Program-made: the position numbers and the translations under genes
Assembly (NCBI RefSeq): GCF_006345805.1
Contig: NC_043006.1
Coordinates: forward strand, 70,618,001-70,682,000
Reading direction: 5' to 3'
DNA length: 64,000 nucleotides
From: Octopus sinensis
Lineage: Eukaryota
In this document: positions 1 to 13,105 of the stretch, in pieces
Numbering within the stretch: position 1 is the first letter of the stretch
Layout of the letters: each line of letters starts with the position of its first letter
The notes under the pieces: model-generated
Databases searched by the model: none
Told to the model about the DNA's origin: nothing
The model's input: only the letters and a program-made list of their open reading frames with translations

Positions 1-1244
1 CATTACACGTAGCAAAAGCTGATCTACGATCCGAGGGCATTTTAACTGAAATTATATTATCAAACCAATGTAGGAGCTCGTCTACTAGAATTAACAGCGA
101 CATCCCTATTAAATTACATCGTACACTATTGAGAAAAAAAAAAAAGCAGAGCAAATTGGAATATGTAGCATCTGGTATTAAACAGGATAGCTAATTACAG
201 CTTAAATATCTTTTAATCATAGTCCGCTCGAGTCGGGCCGATTTGTGGGGTGGGGTTGTGGGTGCTGAGCAATAACAGCATCCAACAAATAGCTTTAAGA
301 AAAAAAACGAAGTCAAATGGTTTGACTAGAGTTATCTCCCTTAGACTACAGAATTCTCTCCCTTACTGCATATTGTGTATGTGTAGTTGTTTTCACTTTG
401 TGTGCGCTCTTGCTCTGCTTCTTCCATTCTTTCACTTACTCCATTGTTTCCATTTTACTTTCGCATTATATATTAATAAATAAACGTTTTGGAAGAAATT
501 AAAGTTACAGGCAAGACTAACCTTCATCATGTGACATGGTCCATTGTTGTTCGAGTAAAACTCATTCTTGATGCGTTTTACTCATTTCTCATTAAAACTC
601 ATTCCCCTCAAGCGTAAGAGATCCCCAGCTACCTCAGACAACATAATTTTAAAATGATCGGGTGTAAGTGATGTGAAATTTGGCTGCTACTTCTAGCAGT
701 TCAAGTGCAAATCACTCTGCTTAAATTATTTTTACACAAAGCATGTCATTCTCTAAATCGTCATAGCTCTCTCGTTAACATGTAGATAGGTCTAGGTGGA
801 ATGACAACGTGTGGTACAGAAACCTAATTTTCTCTAATATATACGCGCACACTTATAGAAGATATGTACACGAGCACGTGTGTATGTGTTTGATTTCAAA
901 GAAGTGGGAAATAGCACTATACATGGCTACCTACGGCTATAAATTGAAATCTTTATATAAAGTGTTGAAAAAAGTGAAATGTGCATGTTCTGTAGATCTT
1001 TTTCTTTACTCTTTGAGGAAAATTCCAAACTTTTAAATCTGGCTCAACTTTAGAAGGGATTGTCTCCTGTATGATAGTTGACCACCAAGGGTACAACACA
1101 CACACACACACACATGGTAGTGTGACATTCTAGATACCTTGCACTCCCTCTACTGCCCATTCTCTCGCTTTATATCTATAGTTAACTCCAGGACAATTTT
1201 CATACTTAATGGACATCTATGAGGAAAAGTGTCACACCACCAGT

Positions 1245-1960
1245 AAATACGAGCATCACTCAATTAGAGCCTTCATGCTCACTCCAAATGCTGGTCTTCA
1301 CCATTACCAAGAATCTCACCTGGCGAAAGCACATCCACTGCATTGCTAAGATCACATCTCTTGGGTTACAAGACATTTCAATTCCTAACAGCTCCTGACA
1401 CTCTACAGGGCTGAAAGGTTGAAGTGAGGCACACAATAGAATACTTATTTCTTTATTGCCCACAAGGGGCTAAACATAGAGGGGACAAACAAGTACAGAC
1501 AAAGGTATTAAGTCGATAACATCGACCTCAGTGCGTTACTGGTAGTTAATTTATTGACCCTAAAAAGATGAAAGGCAAAGTCGACCTTGGTGGAATTTGA
1601 ACTCAGAACATAGCAGCAGATGAAATACCACTAAGCATTTCACCCAGCATGCTAACGTTTCTGCCAGCTTGCTGCCTTCAATAGAATACTGACACCCTGG
1701 ATTACACACTAGAGAAGGCCCACTTGATTGATTGGCATTCATCATTAATGAATACAGTCCAGCCTCTGTTCCTTAGAGTTGGCTAATCTCGTACATCCAC
1801 CACTCCAACTCTCGTCCCATTCATCTTTCCACATCTCAGCACCCTTGGTGTGTCCAACCTTCCTTTCCCTGCACTAACCACTTTGCCAAAGCTGTCTTCC
1901 CCCAGAGCATTATCCTTCTGGAATCTTCTCCCTGCAGTATTTCCTGCAAGAGTTGAGCTG
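1245..1960 (+). pseudogene. Decayed LINE ORF2 C-terminal fragment (CR1/L2/Jockey-like), interrupted by a SINE
   Basis: Manual translation across frameshifts gives LQMLVFTITKNLTWRKHIHCIAKITS...QLLTLYRA...IEY...TNHFAKAVFP...FWNLLPAVFP. This fits the post-RT region of APE-type LINEs (L.W..HI..I; LY; EY; WN.LP). Confidence 0.6.
1445..1678 (-). mobile_element. SINE family B (tRNA-derived; ggcrgcgagctggcagaa head)
   Basis: Full copy with the central gactttgcctttcatc...ggtcRataaattaa domain. It is flanked by a 12-bp TSD caatagaatact (1433-1444 and 1679-1690). Confidence 0.85.
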
Positions 1961-2090
1961 TTGTTTTCATGAAAGCTGACACTGCTTGTTTAGCAATGAC
2001 ATTTGTTTACAATTGTCATTCACTGTCAAGACAAACTGCCTTCCCAAAATATGTGTGTGTGTGTATGTGTGTGTAGTACATCTTGTGAGT

Positions 2091-2412
2091 GAAGGCATGT
2101 GGCTTTGTGGTTAGGGGTATTAGGGATATTCAGGTAAGGTTGTGAGTTCAATCCCTGGTGGCACGTTGTGTCCCTTGTGCAAGACACTTCATTTCACGTT
2201 GCTCCAAGTCCACTCAACTAGCAATAATGAGTAGTACCTGTAATTCAAAGGGCCAGCCTTGTCACACTCTGTATCACACTGAATCTCCCTGAGAACTATG
2301 TTAGGGTATATGTCTCTGTGGAGTACTCAGCCACTTGCATGTTAGTTTCATGAGCAGACTATTCCATTGATTGGATCGACTGAAACCCTCAATATCGTAA
2401 CCAGTTGAGTGC
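2091..2412 (+). mobile_element. tRNA-derived SINE (D-type head, alternative tail)
   Basis: A-box-like tggctttgtgg and B-box gagttcaatccc, followed by the caagacactt...gttgctcca...cactca core shared with 5801-6113 and 45831-46167. Confidence 0.75.
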
Positions 2413-2658
2413 TAGAGTTTTTTTCATATCTTGTGAGTACAGTTAGGTGTACAGCTGCTACTATTGTGTTTAAAGCTTCATATAGATTATCAACCTCTCG
2501 TACTGTGGATTATTACTACTAGACTTCATAGTATGTTATTGGTTATGATATTAGGAGCACTCTGTTGGTTATGACGAGAGTCCCAGCTGATACGCTCACC
2601 GAACAGCTTGCTCGTGAAATTAATGTGCAAGTGACTGAGCACTCCACAGTCACACATG

Positions 2659-2816
2659 CATAGCTGGAGGGAGGCATAGTAGGGAATGTCTGCCCCAGGC
2701 TTCACTTTTAAAGGGGTCTGTTTTGGGTCTGTTGTAGGCAATGTGTTTTTTGTTGGGTCCAGGGTCAGCAAGCAGAAGGGCCACCCTGGGTGGCACACAC
2801 TCTAGCTACACTAGTG
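2659..2816. mobile_element. hAT-type MITE
   Basis: 8-bp TSD cacacatg (2651-2658 and 2817-2824). Termini c(agtggcg)tagct... / ...tctagctacactagtg. Confidence 0.65.
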
Positions 2817-2824
2817 CACACATG

Positions 2825-3040
2825 CCCTTTAGTATATAAACCAGCTATATCCAACCAAAATGTTCTACCTGTTTTACACTCAAATGAGCCTAATCTGGCT
2901 TCTCACACTTACCCTACAACGTCATTCTAAAGATAAACAGCCACCTCATTGAAATCTTGAAGCTACGGGATAATTTATGTTTTATTCAAAACAATTTGAA
3001 TAAATAAGTATTGTGTTAGACCGAGTAATCTGAATGTTAA
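2825..3040. mobile_element. piggyBac-like MITE (decayed)
   Basis: Homologous to 40512-40630, which starts TTAA-CCCTTTAG. It ends at gttaa and splits a SINE tail at its cccTTAAcgtag site. Confidence 0.55.
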
Positions 3041-3202
3041 CGTAGTTCTCAGGGAGAAAGGTTGAAGTGAAGCCTACAATAGAATACTTATTTCTTTATT
3101 GCCCACAAGGGGCTAAACATAGAGGGAACAAACAGGGACAGACAAAGATATTAAGTCGATAACATCAACCCCAGTGCATAACTGGTACTTAATTTATCGA
3201 CT

Positions 3203-3550
3203 CTAACCCTAAAGCTAAAACCCTGACCCTAACACCTTAAAGCTAAAACCAGTACAAATGCACGAACGATGTCATAAATAACAGTGACAAATGAAAAAAA
3301 CACCGCCGATAGTTATTGTTGACAAACAATGGCAGTAATTTTATTCAGCTGAATACATGTCATTCATTGGTTGAAATTACCAAAATACTACAACTTTAAG
3401 GTGAAATAACTTCCTAGATATAAGATTTTCTCAAAAACGCTAAGAGTAAAAGATGTTTTATATGACACATTCTACCAGTGTCCGAAGTTTGAAAGTGTTT
3501 AGTTACAAAAAATTATTTTTTAAATCTGTAGGTCAAAAGGTAAAGATCCC
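3203..3550. mobile_element. Non-autonomous DNA-transposon fragment with internal (TAACCC)-like repeats
   Basis: Degenerate taaccct units followed by a unique body ending ggtcaaaaggtaaagatccc. Only one terminus is visible. Confidence 0.45.
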
Positions 3551-4350
3551 ACAAATTAATTTGTGTTTATCATAATTTCTCATACACAATCCACAACACA
3601 CTCACACACACACATGCACACACTTGTGATGAGCTTCTATCAGTTTCTATCTACTAAATCCACTCACAAGGCTTTAGTCAACTGAAGGCTGCTTGCCCAA
3701 GGTGCCACCAGCTGGGACTGAACTTCGAAGCATATGCTTGGGAAGTGAACTTCTTATCCATTGACCCAGCAACCACATACAATGATTATGCAGATGTGTG
3801 CATTTATGCATTCAAATATATTTACATACCTAATGTATGTATATGTGTGTTTGTGTGCCTATATGTATATATAGGTATGTTTATGTATGTGTGTGTATAT
3901 ATGTATAAATATATAGATGAAACTATTATTCTTTTTTTTAACGTCCTTATGACGTCAATAACACACACACACATATATGCAAAGACATACATATATAAGC
4001 ATTAATATATTTCGACACACAAACCATCTATCCTCTAATTTTGTTCAGTGCAATGGCCGTGTGCACTGTAATTCCTTATGTAGGGTGACCTTGTTTAGCA
4101 TTAGTTGTATTGACTGAAACAATTGGAAGCTATTGAAACCACATCATAACAACAACAACAACAATAATAATAATGATAATAAAAACTAGTAATAATAATA
4201 ATAGTAATAAATAATGTATACGTACCCCACTTCAGGTCATTATGAACATGCATACAACACACATGTATACACACACCTCACATATGCGCACATGCATATC
4301 ACATTTACACACTTGCACGTATGTAGTATCACGCACACCCACACACACAC

Positions 4351-4388
<38 letters not shown>

Positions 4389-4904
4389 TGCATTCACCCA
4401 CATATTGTATTCACACACATGCTCACACATCCATACATGCATACACACTACATTCACACACATATAGCATCACACACATCACATCATGCGCATACACACA
4501 CACACACACACCACATCACTAATACATGCATATCACATTCACACACGTCACATCTCTCACACACATGCACGCACACGCAACACACTTCTACCACCACCAT
4601 CATTGCACAATCATCATCATCATCATCACCATCAACACTATCATCACCATCACCATCATCAACATCATCTCCCAATATTGTTATTATATAGACCACTTAG
4701 CACCCACGCCACCACCTACTCTCCTCTTATTTGGCACATTTTATCACTCTATCCCTCCATCACCACCACCACCACCACCACCACCCCTGCTTATCTAATG
4801 AAGGATAAAGAAACCATAATGAAAATGAAAATCAATATGGAAAAAACCTAATCAATGGCATTAGGACAAAGCGTAAACATTGGTCCAAATGTCATTAGGA
4901 CCGA

Positions 4905-5310
4905 ATTGTAGTGTGTGTATGTGTGTGTGTGTGCCTTTATGTCTGGTGTGTGTGTGTGTGTGTGTCTTTGTCCTATGTGTGTGTATGTATCCTTGTCTTA
5001 TGTGTGTGTATGTGTCTTTGTCTTATGTATGTGTGTGTCTTTATGTCTGGTGTGTGTGTGTGTGCGTGTATGTGTCTTTGTCTTAAGTGTGTGTCTTTAT
5101 GTCTGGTATGTGTGTGTGTGTGTGTCTTTATGCCTGGTTGATGTGTGTGTGTGTGTGTGTGTCTTTATGTCTGGCTGGTGTGTGTGGTGTGTGTGTGTGT
5201 CTTTATGCCTGGTTGATGTGTGTGTGTGTGTGTCTTTATGCCTGGTTGGTGTGTGTGTCTATGTGTCTTTAAGCCTGGTTAGTACATGTGTCTGTGTGTG
5301 TGTGTATTGA
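4905..5310. repeat. Compound minisatellite (TG)n-tctttatgyctgg
   Basis: More than 10 repeats of tgtgtgtctttatgyctgg units. Confidence 0.85.
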
Positions 5311-5569
5311 TGTGTGTTTGATTTTGTAATGGGAGAAAAAGAAGTCATTATGTAAAACAGGGTATTTATTTATAGTACATTCATTGTTCTGCGTTTGCCG
5401 TGTGACTGACCCAACGAGCTTACAGACCCAGAGAATCATGCCAAAGGCACATGTCAACCAGTTTTATAAGGGCCTAGGCATAAACCTGTGGACTCCTGAG
5501 TAACTCTTGCTATGTGTGCACGTGTATTTGTGTGTGTGTGACTGAACTCAGAATCCAAGGTTTAATACT

Positions 5570-6325
5570 TTGTTTTCTTGTTACTCGTTTTAATCATTGG
5601 ATTGCAGCCATGCTTACATATCACCTTAGACACCTGCAAGGTGGTGTCTACACCAGCACTTATTTTATTTTTCAAAGCCTTGTACTTATTCTATTGGGCC
5701 TCTTTATGAGCTGCTAAATCATAAGGATGTAAACAAACCAACACCAGTTTTCAAGTGGCAGAGGAGGATGTATGCACACACACACACTAACACACACAGA
5801 AAAGGTAAAGACCCCACTTTGGTCATGAAGGACCATGGGATTGCACCTAGAAAGTTACCCTCCGAGGCACAAGTCCGGGCAGGGTTGTTTAGGGAAGACC
5901 AGCAGTCGCCCAGACATACCAGCCTGCCCTCTTCATACCAAGGGAAAGGCAAAGGTCGATACAGCTTGACACCAGTGATGTCGCAACTCATTTCTACAGC
6001 TGAGTGAGCTGGAGCAACATAAAATAGAGTGTCTTCACAACCCTGTCCAGGAATCAAGCCCACTACCTCTTGATTGTGAGCACGATGCTTTAACCACTGA
6101 GCCATGCACCTTCATTAAACACACATGGAAATAAATATAAACATAGCTGTTGATATATAAATATATGATGGGCTTCCACATAGTTTCCATCTAACAAATT
6201 CACTCACAAGGGGTTGATTAGTCCAAGGCTATAGTAGAAAATAATTGCCTAAGGTGTCATGCTGTAGGACTGAACATGAAACGACATGGTTGCTAAATGA
6301 ACGTCTTAACCACACAGCCATGACT
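5570..6325 (-). mobile_element. SINE family A interrupted by a D-type SINE
   Basis: 3' half at 5570-5790 and 5' half at 6165-6325, both matching the full copy at 13621-14040. Confidence 0.7.
5801..6113 (-). mobile_element. SINE family D (tRNA-derived)
   Basis: Minus strand reads gaaggtgcatggctcagtggttaaagc... with a Pol III A box. Collinear with 45831-46167. Confidence 0.85.
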
Positions 6326-6809
6326 ATGCCTACTGTACAAACTTAATTAAATTCAGGTCTGTTTCAATTTGGTTTGCTTCATTAAGATTGTGTGATATTG
6401 TGTAAAACTGGGACACATTGTACAATGAAGGGACAAACAAAATAAGATTAATAGTAACAATGTACACACATGCACACACACATACATGTATATACATACA
6501 TATATACATAAATAGAAACACATGTATTCACACAGGTTGCGTGTGTGAGTGTATGTGCATTAATTAGCTCAATAATAAACTTTAATTGTTTAAGACCGTG
6601 AGTAGACATAATTACTCTAATGACTTTGATAAATAAAACCACATGTCCGCTGTACACACACACACACACACACATGTATGTGCGCAACATTGTGTGTGGG
6701 TGTGTATGCGTGTGCATACACACACACACGTATATTTACTATATGTTTACTAGTTTCAACCTACTGGCTATGGCCATGCAGAGGCATGTATATATAGATG
6801 TGCGTGTTG

Positions 6810-6874
<65 letters not shown>

Positions 6875-7119
6875 TGTATGGTTTTTGTGAAGATGAGAGT
6901 TCATTGAGTCATCAATTTTGGCTCGAAAAGTTTTACCAACATCTGGAAATTAGTATGTTGCTTCTGTTTTGTGTGTGTGTGTGTGTGTGTGTGTGTTTGT
7001 TTGTTTGTTCTAGTTAGTTTCAAGCTTTTGTTTATGTTTTGGTACAAAACACATTAAGTGCTTGATGCAAATTTATGCTAGATGTAGAGTGTAATGTATG
7101 TTTATATATGTAAGTTATA

Positions 7120-7550
7120 GGCTCCAGCGTGGCTGTGTGGTAAAGAAGGTCACTTTGCAACCACTTGGTTTCAAGTTCAGTCCCACTGTGCAGTACCTTG
7201 GGCAAGTGTCTTCTATTATAGCCCTGAATGAATCTAATTAACAGAGACTGTGTGGAAACTTGTTAAAAAAATGTGTAAGTGTATGTGTGTGTATAAATAT
7301 GTACATGTGTCTGTCATAGTGTTTGTACTTGTTCTCTCTCTCTCTCTCTCTCTCTCTCGCTCTCTCACACACACACACACACACTCACTGTTTGACAGCT
7401 GGTGTTGGTTTGTTTATATTCTCCATCACTTAGCAGTTTGACAATGAAGTACCAGATTTTTAAAAAATATATATTGGGATTGATTTGTTCTGCTAAAACC
7501 TCCAAAGTGGTGCTCCAGCATGTCCACAGTTCAGTTATAAAATCCCAAAG
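7120..7550 (+). mobile_element. SINE family A (diverged)
   Basis: gtggctgtgtggtaa...ttcagtcccact...ttgggcaagtgtcttcta, central microsatellite, 3' ggtgctccagcatg. Confidence 0.8.
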
Positions 7551-7698
7551 TTTGGTTTTTTTTTTTTTTTTTTTGACTGTACGTGTCAGTTGGTTAGAAA
7601 ATACCAAGAATACACTTGGTGTACTAATTGTGTATTTTATTGACTATCATCTCTCACACACGTGGGGTTATCTTTCAAATTATTAAAGAAATATTTAA

Positions 7699-7919
7699 CC
7701 CTTTCGTTACTGTATTTATTTTGAGATGCTCTGTGTTTCTTTCAATTACTTTAAAAATAATAAAGAATTTAGTAAAATAACTTAGTTGTCATTCAGCTAG
7801 TGTTAGGAACATAAATTGTGACTAAGGTTTGGTGGAAGATACTAATTCAAAACTTATGAAAACTAGATATTTGTACTACAGAACCAGAGCCTGTTTCAAC
7901 TGGGTTGGTATCAAAAGGG
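7699..7919. mobile_element. piggyBac-type MITE, 221 bp
   Basis: TTAA TSDs at 7695-7698 and 7920-7923. TIRs ccctttcgttac / gtatcaaaaggg. Confidence 0.85.
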
Positions 7920-8666
7920 TTAACCATGTTTTGGAAATAAAAATTATTTTTTTTATTATTTAAGAGTAGCAAAATTTGGCAATTGCATGGAATTTCTTTG
8001 AAACTGAGGTCACATGACTTTGATCAGCTCCTAAATATCTGTATCTTACCTAAAACTGCCAATGTAATGCTTACCTTTGTCTCTTGATTTCAAAATGTGC
8101 TTTTGAAAATTCTGTAATGTTTTCTGTGTGGTAAGGAGAGGTTAAACTCTCATGATGGTGCATGTAAGTCTTAAAGGAATGGTCAGTAAGTTCTATGTTG
8201 GTTGTGGATGTGTTAGCTCCAGAGAAAATTGTATTCTATTCAGTAAGGAATGTGACTTGGAGATTCTGTAAAAAAATTTCATGTTGAGCTATTTTTACCA
8301 AAATACATCTATCCTCGTTTATCACTTGATTCATTCATCACTGATTTGGGATAACACGGTACACTCAATTTTGAACCATGTTATACTTCCCTGTGATAAC
8401 ATGGGACAATGATCAATCAAAGATTCTGCTTGGACCACAAAAGCATGCTCCAGTGATCACCCACAATGCTCAGCTACCCAGAATACACTGTGTGTCACTT
8501 AGATTTACATCTCTGTGTTGTGAGGCTGTGTATACACATACCCATCAACATACCTCAGTGAACAGAAGAATTTGAAGGTGCCTGATCCTGACAAACGACA
8601 TGGATGAGTGAATGCTTGACAGGAAAAGTCCAAACATGAAACAATATCATTGTGTTCTATATGCCC

Positions 8667-9160
8667 ACGGGCATATGGCATAGTGGTTAAGAGCGCGGGC
8701 TACTAACCCCAAGATTCCAAGTTTGATTCCAGGCAGTGACATCATCATCATCATCATCATCATCGTTTAACGTCCGTTTTCCATGCTAGCATGGGTTGGA
8801 CGGTTTAACCGGGGTCTGGGAAGCCAGGAGGCTGCACCAGGCTCCAGTCTGATCTGGCAGTGTTTCTACGGCTGGATGCCCTTCCTAACGTCAACCACTC
8901 CGTGAGTGTAGTGGGTGCTTTTTACATGCCACCGGCACAGGTGCCAGGGGAGGCTGGCAACGGCCATGATCAGTTGGTGCTTTTTACGTGCCACCTGCAC
9001 TGAAGCCAGTCAAGATCAAAAAATACCTTAGAAATGAGCCAGGTTCAAAATTTCCCCAAGACACTGATGAAGGCTGGAGGGTATATCAGCCGATACATAG
9101 TGTTAACAACAAACAAGATGCGGACAAATATCCATCGAATGTAAATAATGTAAATAATGA
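8667..9160 (+). mobile_element. SINE family S: tRNA-like head plus a tail with a hammerhead-like core, split by an RTE 3' end
   Basis: Head tggcatagtggttaagagcgcgggctactaacccc...gtttgattcc at 8667-8740, also seen at 15335-15465. Tail at 9016-9160 ends in (tgtaaataa)2. Confidence 0.6.
8741..9015 (-). mobile_element. RTE-clade LINE 3' end
   Basis: (GAT)n tail and ggatgcccttcctaacg motif, matching the 3' UTR of the coding copy at 15571-16443. Confidence 0.85.
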
Positions 9161-9244
9161 ATATCATTGTGTGTTTAAAAACTGTTTAGAGGTGTTGTTT
9201 AAGTTAAGGGGACAACTTAAGTCTAGGAATGAGACCCTATTTTT

Positions 9245-9745
9245 CCCATCATCATTGTTTAATGTCTGTTTTCCATACTTGCTTGGGTTGGGCAGTTTCA
9301 CAGGAGCTGGTCAGTTGGAGTGCTGCACCAGGCTCCAGTCATCTGTTTTGTCGAGGTTTCTACTGCTGGATGTCCTTCCTAACATCAGCCACCGTATTGA
9401 GTGGAGTGGGTCCTTTATATGTGGCCCCAGCACCAGTGGCACTGGTACAGGTGCTTTATACGTGGTACCAGCACAGGTGCTTTTTATGTGACACTGATAC
9501 ATTTTATGTGCCAGTGCCACGTAAAAGGCACTTGTGCCAGTGTCACATTTGCTCACAAGCACCCCACTACACTCTCGGAGTGGTTGGCATTAGGAAGAGC
9601 ATCCAGCTGTAGAAACTCTGCCAGATCAGATTGGAGCCTGGTGCAGCCATCTGGCTCACCAGTCCTCAGTCAAACTGTCCATCCCATGCCACCATGGAAA
9701 GCGGATGTTAAACAATGATGATGATGATAATGATGATGATGATTC
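9245..9745. mobile_element. Two RTE 3' ends in opposite orientation (9245-9550 minus, 9550-9745 plus)
   Basis: The same 3' UTR motifs appear on both strands, with (CAT)n at the left end and (GAT)n at the right end. Confidence 0.8.
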
Positions 9746-10642
9746 ATCACTATTTCATTTAACAGTTTCTTTTGTTTGTTTTTTTAAAAATCAAAATAAC
9801 GACAGGTGTAACAACAGAACCTTTTATTTAAAAACAGAATTTTTAATTTAAGTTATAAATTCATGAAGCTTCAAAGTATTATTTTGATATTCAGAAGCTA
9901 ATGGATCTACAATAACTAGAGGGACATTGTGAGTACCATTGGTGTCGTGTTGTATGGGAGTATAAGCAGAGGATTGTATTGTAGACTCTCATTTCTTTAG
10001 CTGGTTTCAATTATTGGACTGCGACCACGCAGGGACACCTTCATATATGCGAACTGCACAAACTGTTGCATACACCAACATACCCACACTCTCACACACA
10101 CATACACACTAAAATGCATATAACTGCATAAACCTCATATCTGCACGCACACACACGCACACACACATACACACACTCTCTCTCCCACTCTTTCTCTTAG
10201 GTATCACACACACAAATTTAAGGTAGGAGCACGCAAAATGGTAAAACGATGCCAGAACTCCAAGGGAGACAACTGCAACTAGCCTGACTGGAGGGACCAG
10301 AGTGGAGCTGGGATTACGAAAGTCTCTTTGCATCAGTCAGTTTGTCTGAGTCAGTCTCAGATCACACATCTCCTCTCTGTCACACATGTATATATAATTA
10401 TATATATACATATATACACTCACCCTTCTGTCTCCTTTGATTTATATATATACTCGTGCATACAGTGTGCTGATAGTCCAGCGTCCAGAAGTGGGCTGGA
10501 GTTATATATATGTATACGTATGTATATATAATATATATACCCTGCTGACCGAGTTGGCCCTCTCGGTTGAAGAATTCGTCTTTCAGGCGGTTCCTCAAGT
10601 AAGTAAGCAATCATATATACTAACTACTCTCTTTCTCATACT

Positions 10643-10713
<71 letters not shown>

Positions 10714-10949
10714 TGTTACATACTCTGTGTTTATGTATGACGGGGTTTGAGGGAGAGACTATGAGAATGTCTGGATGTATTACTTTCTGAGAAATGTATC
10801 AGAATTTATCAATGTACAACAGTGTGTGTCTATGTATTATACACACACAGTCAAAAAATACTATCATATATACACACACACATACACACATACAATCATA
10901 CATATAGGTTATTCTCTCTCTTTGTACCCATCTATGTATGTATCTATCT

Positions 10950-10950
10950 A

Positions 10951-10990
<40 letters not shown>

Positions 10991-11131
10991 ATATAATGTG
11001 TATATACTGTAAAGGAAATATTCTATCGTCACAAATTGTGACACTGAGGGTTTAATGTTTGAATGTGTGTGTATTGATGTTTGTGTATGTGTGTGTATAT
11101 ATATATATATATATATGTTTGTATATATATA

Positions 11132-11168
<37 letters not shown>

Positions 11169-11203
11169 GTTTGTATATATATATATATATATATATATGT
11201 TTG

Positions 11204-11236
<33 letters not shown>

Positions 11237-11431
11237 ATATATATTATATACATATATATATATATGTATATATATGTTTGTATTTATATACATATATGTG
11301 TGTGTGTATGTGTATATATGTGTATGTATATGTATATATGTGTATGTATATATATATGTGTGTATGTATATATGTGTATGTATGTATATATATATATGTG
11401 TGTGTGTATGTTTATATATATATATATATAT

Positions 11432-11478
<47 letters not shown>

Positions 11479-11500
11479 ATATGTATACTCATAGATAGAT
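10950..11500. repeat. Compound (TA)n/(TG)n microsatellite field
   Basis: Direct reading. Confidence 0.95.
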
Positions 11501-11739
11501 ATAGATGAATTCAAATATGCTCTTACATACGCATGCAGGCACATAGACTAACACATTCCTATATACATTCTCACACCCGTATCCAGACTGTCTTTGACAC
11601 AGTTGTGCGTGTTAGAAGAGTGTAATGTGTGTGTGTGTGAGAGAGAGATGTATAGGAAGCCAGAGAAATCTAGTTTGTGTATATATGTATACATGTTTGT
11701 GTGAATTGATATAGCCATGTGTGTATGTTTATATGTCAA

Positions 11740-11776
<37 letters not shown>

Positions 11777-12846
11777 GTATGTGTATGTGTGTGTGTGTGT
11801 GTGTGTGTATGCGTGAAAGCAATATGTAATCGTTATGAATGGTTGTACGTATATGTGTTTGTGTGTGTATGAGTATGTATGAATGAACTGTTTGCTCTCA
11901 TCACTGACTTTCACCCCACTTTATTGTCTTAATGTCTCAAAATTTCACCCTCTTTCTACACTTCTCACCCTCTCTGTCTGACTCTCTCTTTCTCTGTGCC
12001 CTGCTTCCCTCTCCCTCTGCTCCTAGCAGCTTCCCCCCTCTCTCTCTCCCCTCTTTCTTTCTCACCTTCTTCTGCTTCTCCTCTCTTTGTCTCCCTCTTT
12101 CTCTCCTGCTTAATTCTCTCTTCTGTTTTCCTCTCTCACGCTCTTTTTCGTTACCTCTATCTTTACTTTCACTCTCTCAGATTTGCTATCTTTCTTCTTC
12201 TTCTTCTACACACACACACACACACACACATACATCTGATGCAGATATGCTATAAATATAGTTTACAGCAGTTCTCTCATATACACACATACGCACGCAC
12301 GTATATATGTGTGTATATGTTCGCGCGCGCGCACACACATATCTGATCCTATCAAACTAATTATATGTATATATGTTGTATGTATAAACACGCATACATA
12401 CATTCTCAAACATATGTATGCGTATACTCACTTTAATAGAACTAAAGCTATTTCATAATGTATCAATTATATATTTATACATGTGTGTATGTCAAAAACA
12501 CATATACAACACAACAGAACACAATTCAGTGCGGCCACTTATTGCTTCAAGTTATCTGACTTAAATGGAAACTGTTGAGTATTTTTATGTTGATATCAGT
12601 GGTATATGTCGTCTAACAGTTTCTTTATTGTCTCTCTTCAAACAAATCTGAAAGTAAGACCTTGCGCAACTGTTCTTCATCTTGCAGACGATCACACATA
12701 CCTACACCATTAAACTTGCTTGTCGACATTTTACAACACTCATTAACTGAGGTCACATAAACTCCCACACTGAAAAATAACGAAAGGAAACGAAGGAAAA
12801 AGAAAACAATGGGTTCAGTTAGTGTTTAGGGTATTGATAGACCTGT

Positions 12847-13105
12847 GAAGGCGAGTGACCTAGAGATCTGAATATTGGCATCATGGGTTCGATTCCCAGA
12901 TGGACGACGAGTTGTGGTTTTGAGTAAGGCATTTCATTTCATTTTGCTCCAGTCTGTTCAGCTTGTAAACGAATACCAGCGGCTGTTAGGAGTTATTCTT
13001 GTACCGTTCAGAAAGAAGTCTTCTACTTTCAGTTGTTGAAACGCCATGGAAATCGGAATTAACACTGGTCTAGTGGACCTGATTGTCTTGACATGGGCTA
13101 CACCT
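12847..13105 (+). mobile_element. Diverged D-type SINE
   Basis: B-box gggttcgattccc, then ttgagtaaggcatttcatttcattttgctccagt core. Confidence 0.6.

Noticed and set aside
8667-8740. tRNA gene
   Set aside because: A and B boxes are present, but there is no proper acceptor stem and the sequence continues into a SINE body.
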